In this document: positions 1-10,564 of the stretch, one piece after another
Position numbering within the stretch: position 1 is the first letter of the stretch
How the letters are laid out: every line of letters begins with the position of its first letter
Source of the DNA: a virus
Taxonomy: Duplodnaviria; Heunggongvirae; Uroviricota; Caudoviricetes
DNA length: 28,573 nucleotides
IMG/VR virus record: IMGVR_UViG_2896607866_000006
Strand: one strand, 5' to 3'
Position numbers and translations under genes: made by a program
The notes under the pieces: model-generated
What the model was told of the DNA's origin: nothing
The model's input: only the letters and a program-made list of their open reading frames with translations
Database searches by the model: none

Positions 1-1236
1 CTACGATAACCGCGCATTCAACATGGCTACCTGTTCGTCGTTCATGTCATCAATCCACATACCGTAAATTTCATACACCATCTGCGCAGTTTCATGCCCC
101 ATCTGGCTGGCTATAAACGCCGGGTTCGCTCCTGCCGTCAACAGCCAGCAGGCAAAAGTATGCCGCGTATGGTACGGATTACGGCGGCGAATACCAGCAC
201 GTTTTACTGCTGCATTCCATCTCGCACCCAAACTGCTTACCGAGTAATAAGGTTTCTGTTTTCCGTTACACACTCTGGGCATGAAAACAAAATGCAGTTT
301 TTGCTTTTCGGTTCTGCCGTACTCCCGATGATAAAAAGTGATTTCGCTTTTGCGATGATGCCCGGTCAGTTTGTATTGCTCCTTCAGTGCTTCAAGAGCA
401 GGCTGCAGTAGTGTTACCGTCCGGATCCCCGCATTTGTTTTTGGGGGACCGAACATATCCAGTATCGTCAGGTTTCTTCTGACATTCACAACTCCCTTCT
501 CGAAATCCACATCCTCCCACGCCAGAGCAGCCAGTTCCCCGTGACGAAGCCCGGAGTATACGGCAAATTTCCACAAGTTCTGGCTCTGTCCTTTTTCACT
601 TTCCATTAATGCATTGAATTCTGTTTTAGATAACGGGTCAGGCTTTATTCTGTTTCTCTGTAATTTCTTTACTCCTTCAAATGGTTTGGTTGATATAAAT
701 CCCGACTGATACGCAAAACGTAACAACGAACAGAGCAGGGCGATATAGTTATCAACTGTGCGCACGGTTCTTCCTTTTTTGTTGGATCTTGGATTATCCA
801 GGTAAAGCGTTTCTCCATGCAGCAGTTCATTCCGGTAGTTTAAGATATCGCTATAACGAATATGCGATATCGGAGTACTCTCACAAATTATTATCCTGAG
901 TGTTTTTAATTGTGATTTCGTTTTCTTCATTGTGTTTGTTGTTAACTCTGTTTCTTTAATTTTTGTCCAGATATCACAAAGCTCCCCGAACGTTTTTATG
1001 ACCCTCGTTGTCACCATTTTTGCCCCAGTGCTGGACTGGGGAAAACGTCTTAAATACTCAAACTCACCGGAATTGATTTCATGAACTATCAACGCTCTTA
1101 AATTCCCGGCTTTTTTAATGTTACTGTTAGTAACCTCCCAGCCTTTCAATGTTTCCCGACATCGTTTTCCTCGAAACATGAACCAGATGCGAATGTATTT
1201 ACCTCGAATCTCGACACCTGTTGGTAATTTAGACAT
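1..1236 (-). CDS. intR: Phage integrase, tyrosine recombinase (Rac-type), 411 aa, complete
   Basis: 411-aa ORF with stop at 1-3; C-terminal tyrosine-recombinase signature (HTRHTFACWLL ... GHETAQMVYEIYGMW with H-x-x-R and catalytic Y); sits at the prophage end next to an excisionase-like gene. Matches the recalled length of Rac IntR. Confidence 0.85.
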   Translation of the reverse strand: MSKLPTGVEIRGKYIRIWFMFRGKRCRETLKGWEVTNSNIKKAGNLRALIVHEINSGEFEYLRRFPQSSTGAKMVTTRVIKTFGELCDIWTKIKETELTTNTMKKTKSQLKTLRIIICESTPISHIRYSDILNYRNELLHGETLYLDNPRSNKKGRTVRTVDNYIALLCSLLRFAYQSGFISTKPFEGVKKLQRNRIKPDPLSKTEFNALMESEKGQSQNLWKFAVYSGLRHGELAALAWEDVDFEKGVVNVRRNLTILDMFGPPKTNAGIRTVTLLQPALEALKEQYKLTGHHRKSEITFYHREYGRTEKQKLHFVFMPRVCNGKQKPYYSVSSLGARWNAAVKRAGIRRRNPYHTRHTFACWLLTAGANPAFIASQMGHETAQMVYEIYGMWIDDMNDEQVAMLNARLS

Positions 1237-1237
1237 A

Positions 1238-1453
1238 TCATGAGTCTTTGATAAACTGATTTATCTTTGGATAGTTATACCAGATAATCCCTCGCTTACT
1301 GTCTGGCTTCCCTAAAGGAGATACTCGTTTGAAGTGGAAGCCTTCCACCCAACAGTTCTGGCGGTATGCTTCAATTTGTCTGGCCCCCAGACCAGTGCGA
1401 AGCATCAGGCCGTATTCAACCATCCACTCTTCATTAAAGATTACTTGTGCCAT
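1238..1453 (-). CDS. xisR: Excisionase-like protein (Rac XisR/YdaQ-like), 71 aa
   Basis: Small ORF immediately downstream of int on the same strand, its stop abutting the int start; internal start [15 protein letters not shown] chosen over the longer 79-aa ORF by recalled YdaQ N-terminus. Confidence 0.65.
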   Translation of the reverse strand: MAQVIFNEEWMVEYGLMLRTGLGARQIEAYRQNCWVEGFHFKRVSPLGKPDSKRGIIWYNYPKINQFIKDS

Positions 1454-1552
1454 CGCATCACCTCTGGCAGGCGCCAATGTTAGACTTAAATTGACGCCCG
1501 ATGTTGATTATTAATAATCAGCTATGAAGTTTTAATTTGAATACAATGCAAT

Positions 1553-1741
1553 TCACGAGGACTGAAGTTTCTCGCAATTAAAATTTATCAGTTTTACTTT
1601 CTGCTCTCTGGAAACGCCTGCTTCTTTTTTACCTGAGAGCATTTTTTCGCATTCTGATTTCGTTAGTTTAGATTTTGAATATCTTGTCCAGTTAGTAGGA
1701 GTGCCACCTTCCTTTTCAATAGTGGCGGTAATTTTATACAT
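1553..1741 (-). CDS. rcbA: Small Rac-type early protein (RcbA/YdaC-like), start MYKITAT
   Basis: ORF with GGAGG RBS 7 nt upstream of the ATG at 1741; position between xis and ralR as in Rac; the upstream extension of the 86-aa track ORF overlaps ralR and is rejected. Confidence 0.45.
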   Translation of the reverse strand: MYKITATIEKEGGTPTNWTRYSKSKLTKSECEKMLSGKKEAGVSREQKVKLINFNCEKLQSS

Positions 1742-1778
1742 GAACACCTCCATTATTATTTCCAGTGGTTCGTTTATT

Positions 1779-1928
1779 TCATCGTTCGAGTGCTTCTTTT
1801 TCACTTCCACCATAACCGGTTCGGGATTCGCATCCGTTACACTTCGCTCGGTAATATCCTGAAATGGCTTTCACCGTTACTGATGGACAACCACAAAATG
1901 GACATGGTTTAACATTGTCATATCTCAT
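1779..1928 (-). pseudogene. ralR: Restriction alleviation protein RalR/Lar-like, 49 codons ending at in-frame TGA; frame stays open 14 more codons to TAA
   Basis: Translation MRYDNVKPCPFCGCPSVTVKAISGYYRAKCNGCESRTGYGGSEKEALER then TGA; Cys-rich C-x2-C ... C-x2-C zinc-ribbon-like. ORF under 60 aa so absent from the track. The next 14 codons (NKRTTGNNNGGVHV) remain open, giving 64 codons total, which is the length I recall for K-12 RalR; suggests a TGG to TGA nonsense change. Confidence 0.5.
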
Positions 1929-1983
1929 AATTTTTCTCATAAAAATATTTCAAGTTGGCGGTGCATTACACCGCCAGGCTGAA

Positions 1984-2793
1984 TTATTCCTCTGAATTAT
2001 CGATTACACTGTATTCCCCGGTTAATACAGAGGAATCTGCAGGATCGATTGTCAGTGGTTCCTTTTCATCCATTGATACTGCACGCTGGATCTCAATTGA
2101 TACGGGCAGATATTTGAACAGGCGACGAATAGCCGTTTTCTTTGCCATTTCTTCCCAGTGAGTTACCCACGGCCCGTTATTACCAGCTTTACTCTGGCTG
2201 CGCACCAGCTCAATCTGTTTGCGCGTCATAACTTCAAACTGAGTACCTCCGTCTTTCAGTCTTGCGACAGCATAGACGTGGGTAACAGGGGCATCTTCGT
2301 TTTCTCCTGGGCGGTGTATTAACTTTTCATCAAGGCCAAATTCGAAATTAAACTCGTCACCTTCACGGACAACACGGGCTGACAGGCTGGCGATTTGACC
2401 TGAACGGCGAGCCAGATCAATCATGCCGCGATAGCCAATGATTAGCTGAACGTTTTTTTTACCGCTCTTTTCGTTTTTATTACCAAAAGGCAGTAAATAT
2501 GCATGACCGAGGGCGCTACCGGGCTCAAGTCCGAGCTGTGAACACTGTACGATTGCACTGACAAAACTCATAGTGTCACAGTTTCCTAACGCCGGAACTT
2601 TACGAATTTCTGTGGTGGCGATACGGATCATACGTTCAGCCGTCATATGGCGTGGAAGAGCTGCTGCCAGTTGCTCTTTCATTGATGGCTGGTTAATAAA
2701 ACTAATCACGTCGTTATTTTTAATTGCTGCTGGTGCACGGTTTCCCTGAGTTTTTTGCAGATCGGCTTTTGCGATTGGTGGTTGCTTAGTCAT
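1984..2793 (-). CDS. recT: Recombinase RecT (single-strand annealing protein), 269 aa
   Basis: Translation from [18 protein letters not shown] matches recalled RecT; 8-nt overlap with recE stop; classical recE-recT pair. Confidence 0.85.
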   Translation of the reverse strand: MTKQPPIAKADLQKTQGNRAPAAIKNNDVISFINQPSMKEQLAAALPRHMTAERMIRIATTEIRKVPALGNCDTMSFVSAIVQCSQLGLEPGSALGHAYLLPFGNKNEKSGKKNVQLIIGYRGMIDLARRSGQIASLSARVVREGDEFNFEFGLDEKLIHRPGENEDAPVTHVYAVARLKDGGTQFEVMTRKQIELVRSQSKAGNNGPWVTHWEEMAKKTAIRRLFKYLPVSIEIQRAVSMDEKEPLTIDPADSSVLTGEYSVIDNSEE

Positions 2794-5386
2794 TTGCATA
2801 TTCCTTAGCCCAGCGGGGCAGTGATAACGTCTTAATAGCTGGCCATTCATCGGTATTGAGGCAGTCAGCCAGGGTTCGCAGATTGCGGTGATATTCCAGC
2901 TGACCTGCCAGTTTTGCTTCTTCGCCCATCATGAAAATTTCAACCGGATAACGTCCGCATTCAATAGTTGTGCTGGCAACCAGAAAAACGAAAGTTGGCT
3001 GCACTCCAAACTGTGCTTCATAACCGTCACTGTAGAATGCATCCTGAACGTGATAGCGGTAGTCGTAATAAGCGGTTTTGAATCGTTGAATATCCGCCGT
3101 AGTTTTCACGTCCATGATCCAGTGAAATTCAGGGATAATTTTGTCCGGACGGCACCGACACAAAATTGCTGTTTCAGGATCTTCCCAGTAAATTGATGAT
3201 TCAGCGTGTCCGGCGCTTTCAACAAGCCATTGCCCCAGCGGCAAAGCCATAACGCTCTGATACATGAGTTCAATTTTCCGGCCTTCTTCGGCAGTGATAA
3301 CCGTTTTTCCTGTGCTTGCGCATTCCCTCAGAAACGCTTTCTCTTCTTCTTTTCCGGAGTTTGTCCGGCGGTTAAATTCAGGTGCTACGATAAAGCGGTT
3401 ACTGAATTCTTCCGGCTCAAGTACCCGGCAGTGGAAAGCGGTTCCTAAATCGAGCGTTTTTGTCTTTGTGGTGTCCACGGGGGCATTTTTACGCCACAAA
3501 TACAGTGCCGGAGTATCAGCAATGTCATCGAGCTGAGACTTACTGACACCGGGACCCGCGTGGTAATTCTCATTCGAAATTCCGTAATAAATACCTAGCT
3601 CTATGTCTTCTACGATTACGGGATCTGCGACTTCGCCAGTTTCATCACTGCAATCGCGATGCGGATCGCTGCCAGCATTCTCATTGTGCGGATGTTCAGC
3701 GCCTTCCATTTCCTCCGGATCATTTTCCTTAGCTTCAACCTGACTCTCTTCATCGAATGTTTCCTGGTATGTTGCGTCGCCCATCACCGCACCACAGTCA
3801 GGGCAGTTATCCCCGCCAGTCTGGCCGCAGGCATTGCAGGCTATTTCCGGTTCCTGTTGCACTACTGGCTCAGGTTGATTCATATCCGGGCTGGTTTTTT
3901 CCGTTTCTGGCTGGTTCTGGTACACACAATCGCGAGTCTGGATCCCCTTTACCCATTTCGGATCGTTCGGGTCGCTAATTCCGTCAACAAATTCACCACG
4001 TGATGCAGCAAGCAATTTATCGGCATCGACAGGATTTTTTGATGGAATGTTTTTCCGGGCTTCATGGAGTTCTGCCCGCAGTTCCTGATATTTCGCATCA
4101 ACAGAATTTACCTGTGACTGAGCATCCAGCGGCTGCGTGTCCTGATGATGTTCAGTTGCGTCCGGTTCCATTGTTTCAGCCTCTCCCTGTTCAACTGCCG
4201 TTGTTCCAGATGGTTGCGGTTTTTCTTCATCATCCTGTTTTCCTTCTTCTGTTACTCGCTGCGGCATCGGGGCAGAGGAGCGACCGCAGGCAATATCCAC
4301 GATTTCCGGATCAGGGTTGGCATGATCGGTTTCAGTCAGTACTTTGTTCAGATATTCAGTGACGTGCGCGGGGATGACCTCGATCCCAATTGGTGCTTCT
4401 TTTACGGACGCAACCACGATGGCGCGGGAATAATCCAGCCCGCCAGGCATGGTGATGAATTTGTCGCGGAAAACAGAAAAGGGCGGTTTATTTTCAGCGA
4501 TAATTTCCTCAATGCGTTTAGCGTGTGCCGGATGAAGGTTATAGATGTCCAGATCCATTGAACGGGCCAGTACGCCAGTGGCTACGTCCCGCGCCAGTGA
4601 CGTCAGATCGTGTACGAAACCTTCGCCGCGATCGGTGAGGTTTCCGCCGCCAGCATTAGCACCGGAAGCCGTGCGAGTGATGTGTGAAACACGATTACCC
4701 TTCATCCACTCTTTTGTCAGCAGTCCTCGATCGGTGTAGTCAGCGTTCAGGTATGCTTCGAAAAAAGCAGTTATCAGTCCCAGGTTTGAATTACCAGGAT
4801 TAGGGAAAACTTTGTCAGTGTCACGAACCAGTTTGTGGAGTTCGCGAATTTCCAGCGGGTCGAGCAGGCTGGTTTTGTGGGAAACAGCCAGGGCAGTAAC
4901 AGCCGGTAGTTCTTCAGCCCGAGCAATGTGTAATGCCTGGAGTCCGTCGCGTGAAACGTGCGTTACCGGTTTTTCGCTGCCGTGTTGAGCAAGCCAACGA
5001 ATGGGCAGTTCCTGGCCAGAAATTGGGAGTAGCATATTCTCCTCAATCTCAGTCATGTCTTCGCCGTTGACGTTGGTATTGCCTTGATAGTGAGCGTTGT
5101 CTGGTGCTGCTCCCGGTTTTAGTTCCCATGTCATGGAGTCTTTGCTGAGTTGATAGCGTTCACTCCAGGTAAAATCGATCTCACCTTCAGCGGGCAGGTC
5201 ATTAACGACAGGAAAATTCGTGGCAACAGCTTTAAAATAGCTGCTCAGTTTTTTACCTGACTTAACGATCAGGTAGTCCAGAGTGGCACAGGTCGATTCA
5301 AAATCGTTGCTTGCCCACAGGACGACGTCAGGTTCACCGGATGATTTTTTCGCTTTCCGTAACAGGAAGAGTGGTTTTGTGCTCAT
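2786..5386 (-). CDS. recE: Exodeoxyribonuclease VIII (RecE), 866 aa
   Basis: 866-aa ORF immediately upstream of and overlapping recT, acidic low-complexity central region and C-terminal nuclease domain; length equals the recalled K-12 RecE. Confidence 0.85.
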   Translation of the reverse strand: MSTKPLFLLRKAKKSSGEPDVVLWASNDFESTCATLDYLIVKSGKKLSSYFKAVATNFPVVNDLPAEGEIDFTWSERYQLSKDSMTWELKPGAAPDNAHYQGNTNVNGEDMTEIEENMLLPISGQELPIRWLAQHGSEKPVTHVSRDGLQALHIARAEELPAVTALAVSHKTSLLDPLEIRELHKLVRDTDKVFPNPGNSNLGLITAFFEAYLNADYTDRGLLTKEWMKGNRVSHITRTASGANAGGGNLTDRGEGFVHDLTSLARDVATGVLARSMDLDIYNLHPAHAKRIEEIIAENKPPFSVFRDKFITMPGGLDYSRAIVVASVKEAPIGIEVIPAHVTEYLNKVLTETDHANPDPEIVDIACGRSSAPMPQRVTEEGKQDDEEKPQPSGTTAVEQGEAETMEPDATEHHQDTQPLDAQSQVNSVDAKYQELRAELHEARKNIPSKNPVDADKLLAASRGEFVDGISDPNDPKWVKGIQTRDCVYQNQPETEKTSPDMNQPEPVVQQEPEIACNACGQTGGDNCPDCGAVMGDATYQETFDEESQVEAKENDPEEMEGAEHPHNENAGSDPHRDCSDETGEVADPVIVEDIELGIYYGISNENYHAGPGVSKSQLDDIADTPALYLWRKNAPVDTTKTKTLDLGTAFHCRVLEPEEFSNRFIVAPEFNRRTNSGKEEEKAFLRECASTGKTVITAEEGRKIELMYQSVMALPLGQWLVESAGHAESSIYWEDPETAILCRCRPDKIIPEFHWIMDVKTTADIQRFKTAYYDYRYHVQDAFYSDGYEAQFGVQPTFVFLVASTTIECGRYPVEIFMMGEEAKLAGQLEYHRNLRTLADCLNTDEWPAIKTLSLPRWAKEYAND

Positions 5387-5487
5387 TGTTTTTTAACCTC
5401 AACTCAGATTAAAATTCGTTTTGTTCAGTGAATGATCTTGCCGGATACACACTGTTCATAGCCTGCGCCATACGCAGGCTATTTCTT

Positions 5488-5763
5488 TCAGATTTCACCT
5501 TTTAATTTCATTGCAATTAGAGTTGCCAGAAATTCGGCTTTTTTTTCTGCGGGCAGATTCTTTCCGATATGCACCAGGCACATTTTTTTGACACCTTCAT
5601 CAAGTGTTTTTACGTTGCCTGATGGACCATCGATATCAACCACAGTGAATGGGGTTTCTTTATTTTCTGTTTTAATTACGTAGCCAATGCGCTTTCCTTC
5701 CAGATTCACCTCGTGAACAATGTCATCGGTAGTTACAACAGTGGCTTCATAATTGGTAATCAT
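5488..5763 (-). CDS. racC: RacC-like small protein, 91 aa
   Basis: Start MITNYEATVV with AAGGAG RBS; position immediately upstream of recE as in Rac. Confidence 0.55.
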   Translation of the reverse strand: MITNYEATVVTTDDIVHEVNLEGKRIGYVIKTENKETPFTVVDIDGPSGNVKTLDEGVKKMCLVHIGKNLPAEKKAEFLATLIAMKLKGEI

Positions 5764-5837
5764 GTTTTTCTCCTTAATTAAGGTTGAGCGAATACCTGCC
5801 ATTTCTGGCATAAATTCAGTTTCGAATAGTCAATTAA

Positions 5838-6008
5838 TTAAAGTTCATGTGCCATCTGGTCTTTTTCGGCACAAGCTTCACTGCAATATTTTCTCGGTTC
5901 GTCTTTTGATAAAATCCCGTGCATGAAGTGAAGCATTCTTTCAATAGCTTTGCTTTCTTCAACGTCTTTTTTGCAAAGGTGGTAAGCACATTTTATTTTC
6001 TTAGTCAT
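5838..6008 (-). CDS. ydaE: YdaE-like small Cys-rich protein, 56 aa (not in ORF track)
   Basis: Hand translation of the minus strand: [56 protein letters not shown]; its ATG overlaps the kilR stop in an ATGA junction (translational coupling). Confidence 0.5.
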   Translation of the reverse strand: MTKKIKCAYHLCKKDVEESKAIERMLHFMHGILSKDEPRKYCSEACAEKDQMAHEL

Positions 6009-6229
6009 CACCATGACTCCGCCTTTACAGGTAAACCATCACGACCGAGGAAGACTTTAATCATGCGGTCAGTAATGCATGTTTTTGTGGTCAGGTTACG
6101 AATATATAGTTTTCGCTTTTTAATATTGTTTGCCGAGGCAATATATGTCCGGCCTTCATGAAGAACATAATCGCCAGGAGTCACACACTGACGTGGTATT
6201 TCATCAGTTCCGAAGTGATGTGCAATCAT
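6008..6229 (-). CDS. kilR: KilR-like cell-division inhibitor, 73 aa
   Basis: ORF starting [14 protein letters not shown]; order racC-ydaE-kilR-sieB is as recalled for Rac. Confidence 0.55.
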   Translation of the reverse strand: MIAHHFGTDEIPRQCVTPGDYVLHEGRTYIASANNIKKRKLYIRNLTTKTCITDRMIKVFLGRDGLPVKAESW

Positions 6230-6670
6230 AATTATCTCCATTTTTACAAATGAACTTTGTTGATGCGGTGCCTGGTGCCTCCAGGTGACTGCAACCAGTT
6301 AACAATTACAGTCGGCTTTCCCACCCAAACCAATAAGGACTAACATGACTTTTAACTGTGCCACGTGCGCTTAGCCGCATTCACCGCATCACAAAATTCA
6401 CTTTAAAAAGGGCGGACATCAGCCGAACTTCAAGAAAAAAACTGATGCCGCCAGGACTACACACAGCAATGTCGTTATTTACAACCGGAGGCGCACTCCC
6501 ACCATTTAAATTTAACAGACAAGACCGACTCTTTATGGATATCGGAAATGCGCCTTCGTGTTGTGCCCGGTTTTATTTCACCACCTCCGGGCTTCGGTGG
6601 TCTCGGCTATACCCCTACAGCGAGAGCTTGTGTTAACATTTCAATACCCTTACAGTTGAGAGTTATTGAT

Positions 6671-7159
6671 ATGTTGGATGTATTTACTCCATTGTTGAAA
6701 CTTTTTGCTAACGAGCCACTCGAAATACTTATGTATACGATTATCATTTTTGGTCTCACTCTCTGGCTGATACCGAAAGAGTTTACTGTCGCATTCAATG
6801 CTTATACTGAAATACCTTGGCTCTTTCAGATTATCGTTTTTGCCTTTTCTTTCGTGGTCGCCATTTCCTTCTCAAGATTGCGAGCACATATTCAAAAGCA
6901 TTATTCATTACTACCAGAGCAACGAGTATTGCTTCGTTTATCTGAGAAAGAAATCGCTGTATTTAAAGATTTCCTTAAAACAGGAAATCTTATTATCACT
7001 TCTCCTTGCCGTAACCCGGTTATGAAAAAATTAGAACGGAAGGGCATCATTCAACATCAGAGTGATAGCGCAAACTGTTCTTATTATCTCGTCACCGAAA
7101 AATACTCCCATTTTATGAAGTTATTCTGGAACAGCAGGAGTAGACGTTTTAATCGTTAG
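6671..7159 (+). CDS. sieB: Superinfection exclusion protein SieB-like, 162 aa, membrane protein
   Basis: Start MLDVFTPLLKLF; two hydrophobic helices (IIIFGLTLWLI, LFQIIVFAFSFVVAISF); the upstream in-frame extension of the track ORF has no support. Confidence 0.6.
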   Translation: MLDVFTPLLKLFANEPLEILMYTIIIFGLTLWLIPKEFTVAFNAYTEIPWLFQIIVFAFSFVVAISFSRLRAHIQKHYSLLPEQRVLLRLSEKEIAVFKDFLKTGNLIITSPCRNPVMKKLERKGIIQHQSDSANCSYYLVTEKYSHFMKLFWNSRSRRFNR

Positions 7160-7311
7160 CTTACTGTGTGCTTCTCCAACCATCGGCGCGCACCAGTTTC
7201 GGTTTTAAATGTTTTGCTTTTGGTATACGTCATGGCAGTGAACGTTCCATCCTGGTTGGGGAACACGCCGCACACCAGGGATTCGTTGTTGCCGAGGTCG
7301 ATTTTTTGCAT
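7156..7311 (-). CDS. ydaF: YdaF-like small protein, 51 aa (not in ORF track)
   Basis: Hand translation MQKIDLGNNESLVCGVFPNQDGTFTAMTYTKSKTFKTETGARRWLEKHTVS; convergent with sieB with overlapping stops. Confidence 0.45.
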   Translation of the reverse strand: MQKIDLGNNESLVCGVFPNQDGTFTAMTYTKSKTFKTETGARRWLEKHTVS

Positions 7312-7321
7312 TTTGCGAATC

Positions 7322-7456
7322 TCACATCTTGTTGCTGTGTATAGCGACTTCTGCCTGCCAGAGATCCCAGTCGTTGCTGCGTAAAGCCTGCACAGCTTGG
7401 TTGTAAGTGATACCGCAACAATCCATCAAATACTGAACTACTTCGTAATGCACCAT
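7322..7456 (-). CDS. ydaG: YdaG-like small protein, 44 aa
   Basis: Internal start MVHYEVVQYLMDCCGITYNQAVQALRSNDWDLWQAEVAIHSNKM within the 60-aa track ORF. Confidence 0.45.
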   Translation of the reverse strand: MVHYEVVQYLMDCCGITYNQAVQALRSNDWDLWQAEVAIHSNKM

Positions 7457-7746
7457 CTTATCTCTCCCCTTAACGCCGGGTGGCGGAACTGAAACCTGCT
7501 GCACTGCAAAATCTGAACCCTGCCGTCATGTTCATACGCCTCGGGCTGGCTACTTAACCCCTGACCACTGCCTGGTAACTCGAAGTATTGCCCTGCGTTC
7601 TGTGGGGCGGGGTGGGTTGGTAGGTATATAATGTACTTTGTGTTCATTGATGTAAAGTACTTTAAGTACATTTTGTGTGTAAAAAAATGAGATGGGATAA
7701 AGTGAAGCACAAACCCGGAGGGGGACGCTACCGGATTTATGCTGGT

Positions 7747-8166
7747 TTAAGAGGCTTTTTGTTTTTTCTTTCGTGCTAGCTCTTCGTAAATTGCATTGTA
7801 CTTCTGTTTTTTCTCCTCAAGAGTTTTTAAAAGTTCATCTGTCTCACTGTCAGGGAGCTCGTCCAGAAGGTCAATGATGATTTTTTGTCTTGGATTTAAC
7901 TCCTGATAGAAACGTACCTGTCCACTTTCTTCTGTATCCTCTCCCAAAAGATAGGTTGGTGTTGTTCCAATGAGTGTTGCTAATTCCCTTAATTTCTCTC
8001 GGCGAGGAATTGTTTCGCCATTAAACCATTTGCTAACCGCTTTTGGTGTTAATTTCATTCGACGGGCAATTTCTGCCTGCCTTCCATGTTGTTCATAACC
8101 AGCGTTTTCACAGGCTAGCGCAAGCCTACTGGCGAACTCTTTACGCGCTTTATCTTCATGAACCAT
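7747..8166 (-). CDS. racR: Prophage repressor, XRE-family HTH (cI-like, RacR-like), 139 aa
   Basis: HTH segment QAEIARRMKLTPKAVSKWFNGETIP; divergent from a cro-like gene across a short repeat-containing intergenic region. Confidence 0.55.
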   Translation of the reverse strand: MVHEDKARKEFASRLALACENAGYEQHGRQAEIARRMKLTPKAVSKWFNGETIPRREKLRELATLIGTTPTYLLGEDTEESGQVRFYQELNPRQKIIIDLLDELPDSETDELLKTLEEKKQKYNAIYEELARKKKQKAS

Positions 8167-8245
8167 AAGTTCAATGATATTCGCTCTTGAATGTACTGTC
8201 AGTTCTGTTATAGCATGTACTCAAAGTTCACATTGTGAGGGTGAT
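8167..8245. promoter_or_regulatory. Divergent racR / ydaS promoter-operator region with repeated ATGTACT heptamers
   Basis: ATGTACT at 8191-8197 and 8214-8220, between divergently transcribed repressor and cro-like genes. Confidence 0.35.
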
Positions 8246-8500
8246 ATGAACCAGAAAACACTTGAAGATGTAATCAAAACTGTTCGCGTTTCTGTTGTGG
8301 CCGACGTTTGTGGTGTCAGCCAAAGAGCAATCTACAAATGGATGGATAACGGAAAATTGCCTCGCACAGAATATACCGGCGAAACAAATTACGCTGAAAA
8401 AATCGCTCATGCATCAAACGGATTATTTTCTGCTGATGTAATTTTAACTATTGGCAGAAATAAAACTACTACGAAAAAGCTGATGGGAGTTGATTCATGA
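8246..8500 (+). CDS. ydaS: Cro/cII-like HTH protein YdaS
   Basis: Start MNQKTLEDVIKTV with GAGGG RBS; HTH segment VADVCGVSQRAIYKWMDNGKLP; ATGA overlap with ydaT. An upstream alternative start at 8174 is possible. Confidence 0.55.
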   Translation: MNQKTLEDVIKTVRVSVVADVCGVSQRAIYKWMDNGKLPRTEYTGETNYAEKIAHASNGLFSADVILTIGRNKTTTKKLMGVDS

Positions 8501-8919
8501 AAATCAAGCATGAGCACATCGAGTCAGTGTTGTTAGCCCTGGCAGCCGAAAAAGGGCAGGCATGGGTAGCCAATGCCATTACTGAAGAATATCTGCGCCA
8601 GGGGGGCGGCGAATTGCCCCTGGTACCAGGCAAGGACTGGAATAATCAGCAGAATATCTATCACCGTTGGTTGAAAGGTGAAACGAAAACGCAAAGAGAA
8701 AAAATTCAGAAGCTGATCCCAGCAATTCTGGCAATCCTTCCGCGCGAGCTGCGTCACCGACTCTGCATCTTCGATACCCTGGAACGCCGTGCATTACTGG
8801 CGGCGCAGGAAGCGTTAAGTACGGCAATTGATGCGCATGATGATGCAGTCCAAGCCGTTTACCGGAAAGCGCATTTCAGCGGCGGCGGGTCTTCCGACGA
8901 TTCTGTCATTGTTCATTAA
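8497..8919 (+). CDS. ydaT: YdaT-like protein, 140 aa
   Basis: 140-aa ORF translationally coupled to ydaS; matches recalled Rac YdaT length and N-terminus MKIKHEHIESV. Confidence 0.55.
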   Translation: MKIKHEHIESVLLALAAEKGQAWVANAITEEYLRQGGGELPLVPGKDWNNQQNIYHRWLKGETKTQREKIQKLIPAILAILPRELRHRLCIFDTLERRALLAAQEALSTAIDAHDDAVQAVYRKAHFSGGGSSDDSVIVH

Positions 8920-8931
8920 GCAAAAGTTTCC

Positions 8932-9789
8932 ATGCTGTTTGTGCTTATTCTAAGCCACCGGGCAGCATCATACGGGGCAATTATGGCCGCATTACCATAC
9001 ATGCAACTGTACATAGCTGATTACCTGGCTGACACCATGCATTTGTCAGCAGAGGAGCATGGTGCGTATTTGTTGCTGATGTTCAATTACTGGCAAACAG
9101 GAAAGCCAATACCTAAAAACAGGCTGGCAAAAATTGCCCGTCTGACTAACGAGCGATGGGCTGATGTTGAACCATCCTTGCAGGAGTTTTTTTGCGATAA
9201 CGGCGAGGAATGGGTGCATCTTCGGATTGAGGAAGATCTGGCATCAGTCAGGGAAAAATTAACCAAAAAATCAGCCGCAGGAAAAGCATCTGTTCAGGCC
9301 AGAAGAAGCAGAAAGGAAGCAGATGTTCAAACAAAACAAGAGAGAAATTTAACAGGTGTTCAAACAGATGTTGAAGTGGTGTTTGAACATGATGTCAACA
9401 CAAAGGCAACTAATAAAGATACAGATAAAGATCTAAAAACAGATCCCCCCCTAAATCCCCCCCGGGGGAATCGAGGTGTCAAAAAGTTTGACCCTCTGGA
9501 TATTGCTTTGCCGAACTGGATTTCTGTCTCGCTTTGGCGTGAGTGGGTTGAATTTCGCCAGGCATTGCGAAAACCGATTCGAACGGAGCAGGGCGCTAAC
9601 GGGGCGATACGGGAGCTGGAAAAATTCCGCCAGCAGGGTTTTTCACCTGAGCAGGTGATTCGACACAGCATCGCCAATGAATACCAGGGCTTGTTCGCGC
9701 CGAAAGGTGTTCGACCTGAGACGTTACTCCGACAGGTTAACACCGTCTCGTTACCGGATAGTGCGATCCCGCCAGGCTTCAGGGGGTAA
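8932..9789 (+). CDS. ydaU: YdaU-like replication-module protein (DUF1376-like), 285 aa
   Basis: ORF directly upstream of a DnaC-like ATPase gene; basic/acidic low-complexity central linker; lambdoid replication-initiator position. Confidence 0.5.
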   Translation: MLFVLILSHRAASYGAIMAALPYMQLYIADYLADTMHLSAEEHGAYLLLMFNYWQTGKPIPKNRLAKIARLTNERWADVEPSLQEFFCDNGEEWVHLRIEEDLASVREKLTKKSAAGKASVQARRSRKEADVQTKQERNLTGVQTDVEVVFEHDVNTKATNKDTDKDLKTDPPLNPPRGNRGVKKFDPLDIALPNWISVSLWREWVEFRQALRKPIRTEQGANGAIRELEKFRQQGFSPEQVIRHSIANEYQGLFAPKGVRPETLLRQVNTVSLPDSAIPPGFRG

Positions 9790-9795
9790 CTGACC

Positions 9796-10542
9796 ATGAA
9801 AAATATTGCGACAGGCGACGTTCTTGAACGTATCCGCAGACTGGCCCCGTCACATGTAACCGCGCCATTCAAGACGGTAGCGGAGTGGCGCGAGTGGCAA
9901 CTTTCCGAAGGCCAGAAACGTTGTGAGGAGATCAACCGTCAGAATCGTCAGTTGCGGGTGGAAAAAATTCTGAATCGCTCTGGCATCCAGCCATTGCACC
10001 GCAAATGCTCGTTTTCGAATTACCAGGTGCATAACGAAGCGCAGCGATACGCGTTGAGTCAGGCGAAATCCATCGCTGATGAACTGATGACCGGGTGTAC
10101 AAATTTTGCGTTCAGCGGAAAACCTGGTACCGGGAAGAACCACTTAGCGGCAGCTATCGGGAATCGCCTGCTGAAAGACGGTCAGACAGTGATTGTGGTT
10201 ACCGTGGCTGATGTTATGAGTGCCCTGCACGCCAGCTATGACGATGGGCAGTCAGGCGAAAAATTTTTGCGGGAACTATGCGAAGTGGATCTGCTGGTTC
10301 TTGATGAAATTGGCATTCAGCGCGAGACGAAAAACGAGCAGGTGGTGCTGCACCAGATTGTTGATCGCCGGACAGCGTCGATGCGCAGCGTGGGGATGCT
10401 GACAAACCTGAACTATGAGGCCATGAAAACATTGCTCGGCGAGCGGATTATGGATCGCATGACCATGAACGGCGGGCGATGGGTGAATTTTAACTGGGAG
10501 AGCTGGCGTCCGAATGTCGTCCAGCCAGGAATTGAGAAGTAA
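9796..10542 (+). CDS. ydaV: DnaC/IstB-like AAA+ ATPase, replication helicase loader (YdaV), 248 aa
   Basis: Walker [16 protein letters not shown] and Walker B LLVLDEIG motifs. Confidence 0.7.
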   Translation: MKNIATGDVLERIRRLAPSHVTAPFKTVAEWREWQLSEGQKRCEEINRQNRQLRVEKILNRSGIQPLHRKCSFSNYQVHNEAQRYALSQAKSIADELMTGCTNFAFSGKPGTGKNHLAAAIGNRLLKDGQTVIVVTVADVMSALHASYDDGQSGEKFLRELCEVDLLVLDEIGIQRETKNEQVVLHQIVDRRTASMRSVGMLTNLNYEAMKTLLGERIMDRMTMNGGRWVNFNWESWRPNVVQPGIEK

Positions 10543-10564
10543 TTTTTACCGGGAGGAAATTTTT

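Noticed and set aside
2888-4739. Several plus-strand ORFs (64-138 aa) inside the recT-recE region
   Set aside because: They lie entirely antisense to the well-supported 866-aa recE ORF, have no RBSs, and have low-complexity, Cys/Phe-rich compositions typical of antisense read-through frames.
6548-6670. N-terminal extension of the sieB ORF to 203 aa
   Set aside because: The extension is Pro/Gly-rich with no RBS; the internal MLDVFTPLL start gives the 162-aa length I recall for SieB.
7438-7710. 90-aa minus-strand ORF overlapping ydaG
   Set aside because: It overlaps the ydaG start in another frame and spans the repeat-rich candidate operator region; more likely non-coding regulatory DNA.
9360-10143. 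Minus-strand ORFs of 191 and 97 aa antisense to ydaU and ydaV
   Set aside because: Fully embedded antisense to genes with clear motifs (Walker A/B in ydaV); Ser/Arg-rich composition.
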